Positions 10,904 to 24,314 of a stretch of 64,000 nucleotides of DNA are shown in pieces (the first letter of the stretch is position 1; the number at the start of each line of letters is the position of its first letter). Source of the stretch: Octopus vulgaris (Eukaryota); the NCBI GenBank assembly GCA_951406725.2, contig OX597821.1, positions 77,624,001-77,688,000 of the forward strand. Reading direction: 5' to 3'. The notes below the pieces were generated by a model. It did not search any database and was not told where the DNA came from. It saw nothing but the letters and a program-made list of their open reading frames with translations. Position numbers and translations under genes: made by a program.

Positions 10904-13894
10904 TTTTCCAGTTATGTGCCACCAGTCATGGTTATGTGCTATCTTCCTGTAAAAATATGTTAATAAAATGTGATTCATAAGATATAGAGGTAAAATTTTT
11001 AAAAAGTCAGGATGGTCATAATTGGCAGGTCTTTAATCATAAAAGTGCTTGGTCAGCTTTGGTCACCAACAACAATGATGGGGATTAGATTTATTTAATC
11101 TAGCCAGACAGGGGTTTAACAAGTTCAGACATCACCTACTTTACAGCTCAGGGCAAAAATGATAACCATCTCACACTTATTTTAATTTCAGCATTTTGCA
11201 AATTAATTAGCTCGTTGTGGATCCATTTTAATAACCAAGTAAAAACTTTCTCTGGTTGGAATCCTAGCTACGCCCATGGTGTGAGCACAAAATTAGTTAG
11301 ATATTGCTAACGGGTGCTGTTGCCTACTGAGGGTGAACAAAAGTTTAGTGACGAGTAGGAGGGGGTGTTTACATCGCAAGATACATTTCTATGAAATAGA
11401 GCAATAAGCAGGCATTCAGATATGGATGTGTGGGTGTATGTTAGTCGTCTGTTTGTTTGTTGGCTTGTTTATATGGGTGTGTGTGTTTTTATATCTGTAT
11501 AGCTTAGTTGCTTAGTGACTCTTGTGTGTCAATAAGCAGATAAGCAGTCATTGGATCAATTTGTATCAGCTGAGGTGGTTACACAATACTCACATCAACT
11601 CAAGCAGAAATACTTTTACACACACACCCACACACACAAATAAGTACACACATGTTTATACTACTGACGTGGGACACAGCAATACTACTGACGTGGGACA
11701 CAACAATCCTCTTGTCTCACTGATTACAGAGAACAATTGTACTTAAGATACATACCATTGTAAACTAAGTCTACACAACAAACTCCTTTCTGATCAAAAC
11801 AGACAAAAAAAACATCTTAAAAATGTCTATTCACTTTTTTAAGATATATCAACAATAAACAAGTACTTTGTTGTTGTTTTTGGGATTGATAAAAAGTAAA
11901 AACAAATAATAAAGAAAACAGCTTACCACTCTTCAAAGTATGTTTTTCTTATCTTTATCTTTAGTAGTTGTTTTTCTTGCTGTTGCTTAGCCTCAGGTCA
12001 ACCCTGATTAAATAGACCCATGATCAAAGGCATCCCAGCCATGACCATCAATGGAGACCCAGAGCCCTGTTAAGTAATTTATTGCAGTCAGAATCATGTA
12101 GGTCGAAATGCTAGGTGGTATTTCACCTGTCTTGATGTTTTGGGTTCAAATCCTGCCAAGACTGATAAAATAAGTACCAGTTGAACACTGGGACTGACAT
12201 GAGCTGCTAGACCCCCTCCCCACCCACCAAATTCCAGACCTTGTGTCTACACTAGAAAGGATTATTATTCTTATTATTATTCAAGCTAACATGGAAAGCG
12301 GACATTAAAGGATGATGAAGATGATGATGATATATATATATATATACACACACTGTGCTTGAGGAGACCTATTGATTCAAGTACATCAACATCAAAAAAT
12401 CAAATGGAAATTGTAGTTGTGATATCAGTGCACGTAAAAAGCACCATCCAAATGTGGCCATATCCAGCGCCGCCTCGACTGGCCTCCGTGCCAGTGGCAC
12501 GTAAAAAGCACCAACCGATCGTGGCCGTTGCCAGCCTCGCTTGGCATCTGTGCCGGTGGCACGTAAAAAGCACCCACTACAGTCACGGAGTGGTTGGCAT
12601 TAGGAAGGGCATCCAGCTGAAGAAACACTACCAGATCAGACTGGAGCCTGGTACAGCCTCCTGGCTTCCCAGACCCCAGTCAAACCGTTCAACCCATGCT
12701 AGCATGGAAAATGGACGTTAAACGATGATGATGATGATGATGATTATAAAAGGTGGTGAGTTGGCAGAAGCACTTGCACACCAGGTAAAATGCTTAGGAG
12801 CATTTTTTCCAAATTTACATTCTGAGTTCAAATTCGACTAAGATCGAATCTGCCTTTCATCCTTTTAGGCTTGATGAAATAAATACCAGTTGAGTATGTG
12901 GGGTGATGTAATCAAATTTGAAACTAATATTGCAAACTAATATTTTTCTAAGATAATAGTGTAATTTGAGTAAAATTTGGCTGCTTGTTTTAGCATGTTG
13001 AATGATCTCAAAGAGGCAACCTCATTGCTTCAGTTGGCTGTCTTTTCCTAAGATAGCAAAGCGTGAATGAAGGGTGTTGTAGCAGCTACTTCTAGCAGAC
13101 CAGTCAGGAGACCACATAGAAGGTCCCTTGGAAGTTATGGTGTTACATGTTTTTTCCTAGTCTGGGTGAGCTTAGTTGGGTGAGTGGTCAGTTTTGCTGG
13201 AAGTAAATGGTCAAAAGTGAAAGGAAAGGGAGTTTCATCAAAATTTGTGTTTTGCTGTCGAAATAAATAAACAAATGCGGTAAAAAAGGGTAAAGACCCC
13301 CTTTGGTCATGAAAGTCCCCCTCCGAAGCACAAGTCCAGGCAAAGTTGTTTATGGAAGACCAGCAGTCACCCATGCATACCGGCCTCCCTTCTCCACGCC
13401 ACCAGTGTTATCCAAAGAAAAGGCAAAGGCCAATACATCTTGGCACCGGTGACATCGTAACTCATTTCTACAGCTGAGTGAACTAGAGCAACATGAAATA
13501 GAGTGTCTTGCTCAAGAACTCAACACAACACAACACATACACACATACATAAATAAGGTTAGCTGAGTTAGAGGTTAAAATAATCGTCTAAGGGATAAAC
13601 GTATCTATTACACTTCCAGTATATTACCAATATTCAACCATGGGCATACATATGCAAGCATATTAAATTACAGGTATCTTCACCCCTCCCCCGACTAAAA
13701 CCTATTGGCATATCCCACTTATTTTTTATTATTATCCATCCTATCCCCTCCATACAATGGACTAATCCACCAATTGCTATTTTTGGTTTAGTCATTTACT
13801 TAACGTCCCAAAGAGATACACAAGCAAAATGGTAGGATTACAACCATATTCAACTTATCCCTTTTCCTTCTCTATGATCTTCTTCTTTATTTAT

Positions 13895-14016
13895 TCTTCA
13901 CTCTGATGAAGCTCCATGTTTCAGATCAGTTTTATTACTAAATATGATAAATATTTTAGCATATCAATAGCAATACCATACCACACTGGAAGCAGAAACA
14001 GCTGTTAGATGGGATG
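13895..14016 (+). ncRNA. Penelope-type hammerhead ribozyme with long stem II insertion
   Basis: CTGATGA(13903)-agctcca...tggaagca-GAAAC(13995)-AGCT-GTT(14004). Stem III/loop ACAGCTGT is a perfect palindrome, as in dimer-forming PLE hammerheads. Confidence 0.55.
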
Positions 14017-14257
14017 CAGTCTATTTCTTTTGAATTAATAAATAATAACTGATGTAACTCAATTGTTATTCATCAATATTATTCCATTTCGTGGCTTCTT
14101 TTTTTTTCTCTCCTTGTTTTTTTCTGTGTCCCTTTCTGTAGAAGAGCATAGGCTCGAAACGTAAAAGACTTTTTCTGTTCCTAAGCATTATACTAATACA
14201 TCCATTTGTTTTGTACACCACCTGTCTTCGTCTTTTGTTTTTTTCGTAAACTCTCCC

Positions 14258-14314
<57 letters not shown>

Positions 14315-14499
14315 TCTTTTTATTTTTGCTTGTTTCAGTTATGGGACTGTGGCCATGCTGGGGCACCACCTTGAAGAATATTAGTTGCATGAATCAACTT
14401 CAGTATTTAATTTTTTTTCTTTATTTAAGCTTGGTATTTATTCATTCGGTCCCTTACATTGATACTCTTCGAGCAGAAGATGAGGGGAGGGAGTAACTG

Positions 14500-14690
14500 T
14501 TGTACACATCAGAATAAATGGCGATTTCCAGCTGTGCCTCAGGGACATGGCTGCAAAGGCATTGCCACAGAGAATGGCCAGTAGCACATGTGGCAATAGC
14601 CATCCCACCTGACTTTGGTGCATGTCTCAGATGACATTATCTCATGTGGTTTTCTCATTTGCAGACATCAGCGGTGTCCTCACAAGGAGA
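14500..14690 (-). mobile_element. Decayed RLE-type (CRE-like) LINE C-terminus
   Basis: ORF-track peptide VGWLLPHVLLAILCGNAFAAM resembles the terminal WLxQRLSLAIQRGNA motif of CRE-clade elements. Confidence 0.4.
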
Positions 14691-14937
14691 TTTGGCTGTT
14701 ATTTCAAACTGCTTTACTTGTACTTTATTTTATCAACCCACAAACAGTGAAAAGAAATGCTGCCCTCAGTAGCGTTTGAACTCAGCAAATAGAAGTCAGA
14801 ACAAATACCGAAAGGATGAAAGGTAAAGTCGACCTTGGTGGAGTTTGAACTCAGAATGCAGCAACAGGCAAAATACCACTAAGCATTTTGTCCAGCGTGC
14901 TAACGATTCTATCAGTTCACCACCTTAATAATAATAA

Positions 14938-15300
14938 CAAGAGCATTCAGAAAGTGCAAACCTGCACCAAGGCAACACCAACGTCCTCTTAACGATTAGC
15001 CAAAGATGATTTTTAAAATGAGAATATCTGAAATAAAATTGATTGCTCTCACAAACAAGAATACTAAAAATGAAACCAACCACTTTCAAAAATTAAGTAA
15101 AAAAACAGGAACAATAACCTAGAATCCTTGTCCAGTACTGGATTGATCCCAGAATTTAATCAGTTTGTGCCAGTCATGCAGCCTAACATCCCTGAAAGGT
15201 TCATCTGAATCCATCAAGTGGTTCTTGAGATATCTTGTCCTTTGACAAACAAACACAACTGGAAACAATACTTCCACCTTCGCTAAGGCAGAGGTAATAA
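14938..15300 (-). mobile_element. Non-autonomous Helentron (HINE/DINE-like)
   Basis: Minus strand starts TTATTACCTCTGCCTTAGCGAAGGTGGAAG, has (GTTT)n, and ends CCTTGGTGCAGGTTTGCACTTTCTGAATGCTCTT. Subterminal inverted repeat and 3' hairpin; flanks are T-rich. Confidence 0.75.
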
Positions 15301-15839
15301 TCCTTTCTATTAAAAGCATAAGGCTCGAAAATTTTGGGGAAGGAGGCTAGTCAATTACACCGACCCCAGCGTTCAACCGGTATTTTAATCGACCCTGAAA
15401 GGATGAAAGGAAAAGTTGACCTGGGTGGAATTTGAACTCAGAGCATAAAGACAGACGAAATGCAGTTAAACATTTTGTCTGGTGTTTTCAAGATTCTGCC
15501 AGCTCACTGCCTTAGTCATAATCATAATCATAATAATAATAATAATAATGATTCCAATTTTTGGCAGAAGGCCTGAAATTTGAGGTATGGGGATTACCCT
15601 AGCACTTAAGTGGTGTCTGTTTTATCAACACCGGATGGATGAACGTCAAAGATGACCTTGGTGGTATTTGAATGGCAAAGGGCCAACAGTTTTTGTGGTG
15701 GGGAGGGGAGTTGATTACAGTGACCTCAGTATTTGACTGGTACTTTATTTTATCAAATCGAAAAGAATGAAAGGTGAGATTTGAATTCAGAACATAAATA
15801 ATGCAAAGCATTTTGTCCAGCATTCAACCATTCTGCCAA

Positions 15840-16103
15840 TAGAAGAAGAAGGAGGAGGAGGAAAAAGAAGAAAGAGAAGAAGAAGAAGAAGAAGAAGAAG
15901 AAGAAGAAGAAGAAGAAGAAGAAGAAGAAGAAGAAGAAGAAGAAGAAGAAGAAGAAGAAGAAGAAGAAGAAGAAGAAGGAGAAGAAGAAGGAGAAGAAGA
16001 AGAAGAAGAAGAAGAAGAAGAAGAAGAATAAAAAAGAAGAAGAAAAAAGAAGAAGAAAGAAGGAAGAATAATAATAATAATAATAAGAAGAAGAAGAAGA
16101 AGA
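15840..16103. repeat. (GAA)n microsatellite
   Basis: Long GAA run with GGA/AAT interruptions. Confidence 0.97.
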
Positions 16104-16576
16104 ATTCTTTGAAGTTTTGGTGCAAGGCTAGACATTTTAGAGAAGTGTGTAAGTAGATTACATCAGCCGCCAGTGATCAACTGGTATTTATTGTAATGAC
16201 CTTGGTAGGATTTGAACCCAGGGTGCAAAGCAGCAAGAGAAGCCGCTGAACTTCTTGTCTGGCACACTAGGGAATCTAGCAATTCACCCTCAAGGAATAT
16301 TTAAGAAGAAGAATCCATTTTACTTCAGGCATAAAGTCTGAAGATTTGGCGTGGCAGGGGAAGGGGGTCTAGTTGATATCAACAGCCCCCAGCACTCAAC
16401 TGGTACTTAGTTCATTGAGCCCAAAAGGATGAAAGGCAAAGCTGACCTTGGCAGAATTTCAACTTGCTATGCGTTTTGTCTGGTGCGCTAATGACTGCCA
16501 GCTCACCATGCCACCCAGGGACCATTCAATCATACAATAAAAAAACAAAGACAAAAATATTATATGTTAGTAAACA

Positions 16577-16975
16577 GGCACAGGAGTTGCTGTGAGGGAA
16601 ATAGCTTGCTTCCCAACCACATGGTTCTGGGTTCAGTTCCACTACGTGGCACCTTGCGCAAATGTCTTCTACTATAGCTTTGGACCAACCAAAGCCTTGT
16701 GTGTGGATTGGGTAGACAGAAACTGAAAGAAGCCCATTGTATATGTGTGTGTGTGTGTGTGTGTGTATGTTTATGTGTCTGTGTTTGTTCCCCCAACATC
16801 GCTTGACAACCGATGGTGGTGTGTTTACATCCCCGTAACTTAGTGGCTCAGCAAAAGAGACCAATAGAATAAGTACTAGGCTTACAAAGACTAAGTCCTG
16901 GAGTTGATTTGCTCAACTAAAGGTCGTGCTCCAGCATGGCTGCAGCCAAATGACTGAAACAAGTAAAAGAATAAC
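16577..16975 (+). mobile_element. Major CORE-like tRNA SINE with internal (GT)n (representative full-length copy)
   Basis: GGCACAGGAGTTGCTGTG..GGGTTCAGTTCCACT..CACCTTGCGCAAATGTCTTCTACTATAG..(GT)n..GACTGAAACAAGTAAAAG. Other copies ~3130-3390(-), 5895-6300(-), 7985-8345(-), 10020-10450(+), 19945-20372(-), 21070-21480(-), 29020-29400(+), 33560-33875(-), 37125-37530(-), 40645-41008(-). Confidence 0.85.
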
Positions 16976-17116
16976 AAAACGACAAAGTTACTTTAGAAGG
17001 CAACAGGATTAATCTGAGACCAAACAACAACAACAACAATTCTACAATCAAAAGCATTCCAACCACAAAACTTGTCTTTTTAGGGAGGCATTGAGGAGGG
17101 TTTCACTTTTGTATTT

Positions 17117-18322
17117 GCCATATGAAAAGTATCTGTGCTAGTGCCACTTAAAAAGCACCTGTGCTGGTGCCACCTACAAAGCACCCATGCTGGTGCTACA
17201 TAAAAAGCACCTGTGCTGGTGATACACATAAAGCACCTGTGCTGGTGATACACTTAAAGCACCTGTGCTGGTGCCACACAAAGCACCTGTGCTGGTGCTA
17301 CGTAAAAATTACCTGTGCTAATGTCATTTAAAAAGCACCTGTGCTGGTTCTACACATAAAGCAACTGTGCTGGTGCCACACATAAAGCACCCATACAGGT
17401 GCTACATAAGAATTACCTGTGCTAATGTCATTTAAAAAGCACCTGTGCTGGTGCTACGTAAAAATTACCTGTGCTAATGTCATTTAAAAAGCACCTGTGC
17501 TGGTGACACAAAAAAGCACCTGTGCTGGTGACACACATAAAGCACCTGTGCTGGTTCTACACATAAAGCACCCATACAGGTGCTACATAAGAATTACCTG
17601 TGCTAATGCCATTTAAAAAGCACCTGTGCTGGTGACACACATAAAGCACTCATACAGGTGTCACATATAAAGCGCCCATGCTGGTGCTATGTAAAAATTA
17701 CCTGTGCTGGTGTCACACAAAAAGTACCTGTGCTAGTAACACACAAAAAGCACCTGTGCTGGTGTCACACATAAAGCACCCATACAGGTGCTACATATAA
17801 AGCGCCCATACTGGTGCCACACATAAAGCACTTGTGCTGGTTCTACACAAAAAGCACCTGTGCTGGTGTCACACATAAAGCACCCATACAGGTGCTATGT
17901 AAAAATTACCTGTGCTGGTGTCACACAAAAAGCACCTGTGCTGGTGACACACATAAAGCACCTGTGCTGGTGACACAAAAAGCACCTGTGCTGGTGTTAT
18001 GTAAAAATTACCTGTGCTAATGTCATTTAAAAAGCACCTGTGCTGGTGACACACAAAAAACACCTGTGCTGGTGACACAAAAAGCACCTGTGCTGGTGCC
18101 ACACATAAAGCACCCATACTGGTGCTACGTAAGAATTACCTGTGCTAATGCCATTTAAAAAGCACCTGTGCTGGTGACACACAAAAAGCACCTGTGCTGG
18201 TGACACACATAAAGCACCCACACAGGTGCTACGTAAGAATTACCTGTGCTAATGCCATTTAAAAAGCACCTGTGCTGGTGACACACAAAAAGCACCTGTG
18301 CTGGTGCCACACATAAAGCACC
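17117..18322. repeat. ~1.2-kb minisatellite, ~23-25 bp unit AAAAGCACCTGTGCTGGTG(ACACAC)
   Basis: About 50 head-to-tail units in three recurring variants. Confidence 0.95.
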
Positions 18323-18712
18323 AACTGAGACATTCGATAAACATCTCTAGGTGAGAAGATTCTTTCCTTCATTCTTTTACTTCTGTCAGTAAACAAACCA
18401 ACACTGGCTGTCAAATGACAGGGACCCACGCATACACCCACCCTGGACAGGTTGAAGGAAACCAGGTTTTATTTGCAAGGAATTGGTCAGCTGGGGCTTT
18501 AGAAGAAAACACTTGTCCTAAGTGCCACGCAGTAGGACTGAACCTGAATCCTGTTGATCTCAAAGTGAACTTCTTAACCACACAGCTATAATTGTTGTTT
18601 CTTTCATGTTCATGTTAATACTGTTGTATCACCAATTGTTATGATGATACTTGTTTACACTATAAACGTGTAATAACAATAAAACGTACAACGAAGCAGG
18701 GTAACAACAACA

Positions 18713-18871
18713 ACATTATTTACATTTAACAGATATTTGTCCTCATTTTGTTTGTTGTTAACACAACATTTTGGCTGATATACCCTCCAGCCTTCATCAT
18801 GGGCATATGGTGTAGTGATTAAGAGCACGGGCTACTAACCCCAAGATTCTGAGTTTGATTCCAGGCAGTAA

Positions 18872-18914
<43 letters not shown>

Positions 18915-19109
18915 GATAATAGTAATAATAATAACATCGAAAAAATATCTTAGGAATGAGAACCCAGCTTCGAAATTTCCCCAAGACACCTGATGCAGGC
19001 TGGAGGGTATATCAGCCGAAACGTTGTGTTAACAACAAACAAGATGAAGACAAATATCCGTCAAATGTAAAAAATGTACATAATTCCTCATCTCTCAAAT
19101 ATAGAACTG
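18713..19109 (+). mobile_element. tRNA-headed, hammerhead-containing non-autonomous retroelement with inverted repeats (copy 1)
   Basis: Inverted arm 18713-18799; tRNA-like head 18801-18870 (TGGTGTAGTG / GAGTTTGATTCC); (AAT)n; hammerhead 18985-19030; arm plus tail ending AATATAGAACTG at 19109. Confidence 0.8.
18985..19030 (+). ncRNA. Minimal type I hammerhead ribozyme (one core substitution)
   Basis: gacac-CTGATGC(A in the other arms)-a-ggctg gagggtatat cagcc-GAAAC-GTT-gtgtt. Stems I and II pair; stem III is the palindrome AC/GT. Confidence 0.7.
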
Positions 19110-20758
19110 GAAACAACATAACAATCCAACAAACTTTCCACAGACTATGCACAAACCAACAAATGATATTCTGGCAAAACTATCAAAAGGACACCTTACG
19201 ACTTCTTGCAATTAACGCCTTCTCTCTGCCCGTTTCTCACTCAGACTTACTATTTATAGTCGTTTGGTCAGTCTATTCTCACAGGAGATGTCGTGACTCT
19301 CACCACAGCAATTATCAAATATAGACTCAGGCTTAGATCTTCTATGATATGTAGGACTTATAAGGCTGGAACATAAACCAGTTTCTGTGGCATATAACTG
19401 AGATTACAACATCATCATCATCGTTTAACATCCGTTTTCCATGCTAGCATGGGTCGGACGGTTCAACTGGGGGTCCAGGCTCAAGTCTGATCTGGCAATG
19501 TTTCTACAGCCGGATGCCCTTCCTAACGCCAACCACTCCATGAGTGTAGTGGGTGCTTTTTACGTGCCACCGGCATAGAGACCAGGCGATGCTGGCAACG
19601 GCCACGATCAGTTGGTGCTTTTTACATGCCACCGGCACGGAAGCCAGTCAAGGCAGCACTGAGATGCCAGACTATTGCAGTGTTAACTTCCAAGCAACTG
19701 GTCTGGAGCTATGTAGAATGAAGGGTTCTGCATAAGAATACAATGCACTACCCAGCCTGGAAACTGAAACCATAACCTTACAACAGTAAGTGAAACACCC
19801 TATCAACTAGACCATACACCTTCGCTACATGATAGTGCAACACTATCAGTAGCACCCAGTCAGGGATGGGATGCCAGTCCATCACACAGTTAACTTCCCA
19901 GCTATTTCTGAAATTCATTTATGACTGAGTGGATTATCTTCTATGTTTTACTTTTTTCGATCACTAGAATGTGGCCATGCTGAGGCACCAACTTCAGGAA
20001 CTTTTAGTCGAATGAATCAACTCCAGTCCTTTTCTTTTTATTTTTAAGCCTGAGGCTTTCTATTGGTTTCTTTTGCCAAACTGCCAATGTTACAGGGATG
20101 TAAACCCACCAACACTGGTTGTCGAACAGCGGTGGAGAACAAGCACAAATGCATGTGCATACATACATACATACATACATACATACATACATACATACAT
20201 ACATACATACGATAGGCTTCTTTCAGTTCCCATCTACCAAATCCACTCACAAGGCTTTGGTCAACCTGGGGCTATAGTAGAAGGCACTTGTCCAAGTTGT
20301 CATGCAGTAGGATTGAACCTGAAGCCATGACCTTGGGAAGCAAGTTTCTTTCCGCACAGCCATTCCCGCACCTGGAGCAACCCAAAGTAAAGAAGTGCTT
20401 CATTCAAGGACACAACATGCTGCCTTGTCCAAGAATTGAAACCAGAATCTTACAATTGTCTGCACAACACTAACCTCTAGGGCCACATGCTTCCACATTG
20501 AATATATACGAGTAGCTTTATTTAGTATTGTTGTTGGCTAGTCTTCATACGCAGACTGCTAAGACAAAAACAGGTCACTGACTGACAGACAGAAGATAGA
20601 TAGGTAGACAAGCAAACAAATTAATAAACAGACAAACAGTAAGCCTAACAAAAGCTAAGCAAAACAGATGGATATTTTTTTTTAATGCTATTATAAGAAC
20701 GTGTGGGTGTTATATTGACGTGTTTGCATGTTCATGAGAATTTGGAAAGTACACTTAC

Positions 20759-20947
20759 AAAAGCAGTGTAGGACAAAGTAGCCACAGCACTTCTGAATTT
20801 ACTGCTTGGCATGATGACATTAACTTTCAGGGCATCTTTTTTTATTTTGTAGTTTAATCTCATGAATGTATTTCCTATGTATTTCTACGGGGTTTCTACC
20901 ACAACAGCCTGGCCTTACTCTGATGTAATAATTGTTTTGTTTATGAT
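20759..20947 (-). other. Candidate exon of an unidentified minus-strand gene
   Basis: Non-repetitive 189 nt bounded by acceptor ttttttattttag| and donor |gtaagt. Contains an ATG-initiated frame MRLNYKIKKDALKVNVIMPSSKFRSAVATLSYTAF open to the donor. Confidence 0.45.
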
Positions 20948-21902
20948 CTAAAATAAAAAAGCCTGGGAAAAAAAAAACTTGAAGACAAAGGTCATGATCA
21001 TACTGACTTGATTACAATGATGTCTAATTAATGTCCTTGGGGAATGACTAATTAAAAATTACTCTATATCTCTTACTCTCTTTACTCTTTTTCTTGTTTC
21101 AGTCATTTGACTGCGGCCATGCTGGAGCACCGCCTTTAGTCAAGCAAATCGACCCCAGGGCTTATTCTTTGTAGGCCTAGTACTTATTCTATCAGTCTCT
21201 ATTGCCGAACTGCTAGGTTACAGGGACGTAAACACACCACCATCGGTTGTCAAGAGATGTTGGGGGACAAACACAGACACACAAACATATACACACACGT
21301 ACATATATTATATATATATACAACAGGCTTCTTTCAGTTTCCAGCTAGCAAATCCACTCACAAGGCTTTGGTCGGCCTGAGGCTATAGTAGAAGACAGTT
21401 GCTCAAGGTGCCACATAGTGGGACTGAACCCTGAACCATGTGGTTGGTAAGCAAGCTACTTACCACACACCCACTCCTATGTCTATCATCATCATCGCTA
21501 TCATCTTTTAATGTCCATTTTCCAAACTGGTATGGGTTTGATGGATTGGCAGGAGCTGGATGCCAGGGACTGCACAAAGCTCCTCCGCTGCCATTTTTGA
21601 CAATGGGTTCTACAGGTGGATGCTCTTCCGAATACCAACTACTTCACAGAGTGTACCGGGTGACCTTTTACGTGGCACCAGCATCAGTGAGGTTACTATA
21701 TAACTTACAAATCCCTCCACTGAGTGGGGAGTAGTATTGAATGAGGTGGCTTTATGTCAGATGAAAGGTTAGGGCATAACAGAGGGACAGGAACAGATGC
21801 TTTGCTGTCGAGAGAGATACATGGTTACCCCGGGTGGTGGTGGTGGGAAAATGTGAAAGGGCAGATAAGAGAAATGATGTGAGTGGGTAAGTAAGTTTGT
21901 GA

Positions 21903-22218
21903 TTTGGGACCCCGACCAGGATCCGGAGCAGTACCTATGGCCAGCTCACAGCCTGGTCAGGGGCAAAGAAGAATAGGCTTAGTGCCGAAATATGTAAATT
22001 CTATATTAATATTGTTGTCATTTTTGTAAGAGGTTCATTGCCTTATGTAATGATTTATTAAAGAACAATGTTATAGAGAAGCAGAGGGTCGGCAGGCGCT
22101 TTCTGTCTTCTCTCATCCTTATCATCCTTGCATCATTATCATTCATTTCATTAATGTATTGTCCAGCCCGCAAGCTACCTAATCTATGAACTGTCTTAAT
22201 GACAAATTTAATGAAATA
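21903..22218 (+). mobile_element. 5'-truncated retroposed insertion (unidentified LINE 3' UTR) with 14-bp TSD
   Basis: Flanked by the direct repeat AAGTAAGTTTGTGA (21889-21902 and 22219-22232); ends in ..aatgaaataaa. Confidence 0.7.
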
Positions 22219-23353
22219 AAGTAAGTTTGTGAGAGTGTGAAAGGAAAGTGGCAGATGAGGAAAATGCAGTGCTTTCGTAATATGGCTTTATAATGTGCCA
22301 CCAGTCCATCACCCTTAATACAATGAAAGAAATCGTTTGCATTAGAAGTAAAAACCAAAAGATTTATCTCCTTGGTGTAAGAAGTGCAAAGGAGAGATGA
22401 TGATCAGAGTTGTAGGGAACCCTAATAGGACTGAGGGAAGTTCTTTCTTTTGTTTTTCTTTCATCATCATCATCATCATCCATGGAAAACGTCTGTTTTC
22501 CATGCTGGTATAGTTTGGACGGTTTGACCAGAGCTGGTAAGCTGCCCCGGCCTGTTCCAGTCTGTTTTGACTTGCTTTCCATGGCTGGATGCCCTTCCTA
22601 ACACCAACAGCTTTACAGTGTATGCTTTTAATGTGCCACCAGCACAAGCACTTATACATGACACCCGTACAAGTGCTTATTATGTGGCACCAGAATGAGT
22701 GCTTTCTATGTGGCACCAGCACAAGTGCTTTTTATGTGACACTGGCACATATAAAAGAGAAAATCCAAGATATGTGGGTTTGTTATTCCAAAAGTCAGCC
22801 AAGGCATTTTATTGTGAAAATTGAAAATTACCCAGCAACAACAGCTAGGTGTGTGAGTGTGTATATTTATAGCTGAAGTGAGTTCATGGCTCACAGGATG
22901 GTCTGCTGTGTTAACCTTGGATCATAGAGTGACCCGCTGTGCTTGAGGAGACCTATTGAGTCAAGTACATCAACATCAAAATAAAAATCAAATGGAAATT
23001 GTAGTTGTGATACCCGTGCCAGTGGCACGCAAAAAGCACCATCTGAACATGGTCGATGCCGTTGGTAGCACATAAAAAGCACCAACCAATCGTGGCCGTT
23101 TACCAGCCTCCTTTGGGCCCCTGTGCCGGTGGCACATAAAAAGCACCCACTACACTCACGGAATGGTTGGCATTAGGAAGGGTATCCAGCAGTGAAAATG
23201 CTGCCAGATCAGACTGGAGTCAGGCTTCCCAGACCCCGGTTGAACCATCTAACCCATGCTAGCATGGAAAACAGATGTTAAACGATGATGATAATGATAT
23301 TTATAGTAATAACAGAGATTCAAAGAATCCAACAGATCTCACTTTAAGCTCAC

Positions 23354-23383
23354 CGACGAATGTATGGCCAACAAGAACGACAG
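23354..23383 (-). other. Candidate 30-nt micro-exon (minus strand)
   Basis: tttattccattcatttacag|CTGTCGTTCTTGTTGGCCATACATTCGTCG|gtgagc. Confidence 0.4.
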
Positions 23384-23939
23384 CTGTAAATGAATGGAAT
23401 AAACCTCAATTCTCTCTCCCCATTTCACTTATTTATTCTACAGTTACATATCTGTGAGAAGATGGATTGGACAGCTTTATTACAAATCACTACAATTGTT
23501 TCACTGCATCATTATATTATCAGCCATTCATTGCTGAATATTACAGATATCATATGCAATGTTGTATTAATATAATTCAGCACTATTTCAGAGGTTGATA
23601 AAATAAGTACCACTTGAGCAGTGGTGGTGGTGGTGGTGGTGGGGTGACAATGTTGTCAACTTCACCCTCCCCCAAAACTGTTGACCTTCCACCATGATTT
23701 GAAACCAATATGATTCAATGTAGGAACATTGGAAAGCACACTGTAAGCTTATCACCCAGATTATATATATCTTCTGCATAAATTGAAAGAAATTTACATG
23801 CCTAAACATGTTGTGAACCACTTTGCCTGTCCCTCTTTTTTTTATATATAATCCGGTTTCATTTATCCCCAACATATTGTATATGTTTTATCATATGAAT
23901 GACTAGACTCTAGAGGGAATAATAGTGAATTATTATTAT

Positions 23940-24314
23940 TATTACCTCTGCCATAGCAAAGGCAGAGGTATTGTTTTCAGACGTGTTTGTTTGTTTGTTT
24001 GTCTGTGGACAAGATATCTCAAGAACCGCTAGATGGATTCAGATAAAACTTTCAGGGATGTTTGGTCTCGTGACTGGCATGAACTAATTAGATTTTGTGA
24101 CTGATCTGATACCAGACAAGGATCCTGGATTATTTTTTCCTGTTTTTATTTTTTACTTAATTTTTGAGAGAGGTTGGGTTCATTTTTAGTATTCTCGCTT
24201 GTGAGAGCAGTCGAGTTTATTTCAGATATTCTCATTATAAAGAACATCTTTAGCTAATTGTTGAGAGGACGTTGGTGTTGCCTTGGTGGAAGTTTGCACT
24301 CTTGGAGTGCTCTT
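23940..24314 (+). mobile_element. Non-autonomous Helentron (same family as 14938-15300)
   Basis: TATTACCTCTGCC..GGCAGAGGTA, (GTTT)n, ..CCTTGGTGGAAGTTTGCACTCTTGGAGTGCTCTT. Confidence 0.78.

Noticed and set aside
14128-14172. Hammerhead-like CTGTAGAA-gagc atag gctc-GAAAC-GTA
   Set aside because: The core deviates from CUGANGA and stem I is poor. Possibly a PLE-derived variant, but not supportable as a ribozyme.
15787-16135. Poly-L / poly-S ORFs
   Set aside because: Translations of (GAA)n.
17117-18322. CRISPR-like array
   Set aside because: Units are head-to-tail with no unique spacers, there are no cas genes, and the context is eukaryotic. It is a minisatellite.
18801-18870. tRNA gene (ACT anticodon loop); similarly 3840-3910
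   Set aside because: No acceptor-stem pairing or terminator, and continuous with repeat bodies. These are SINE heads.
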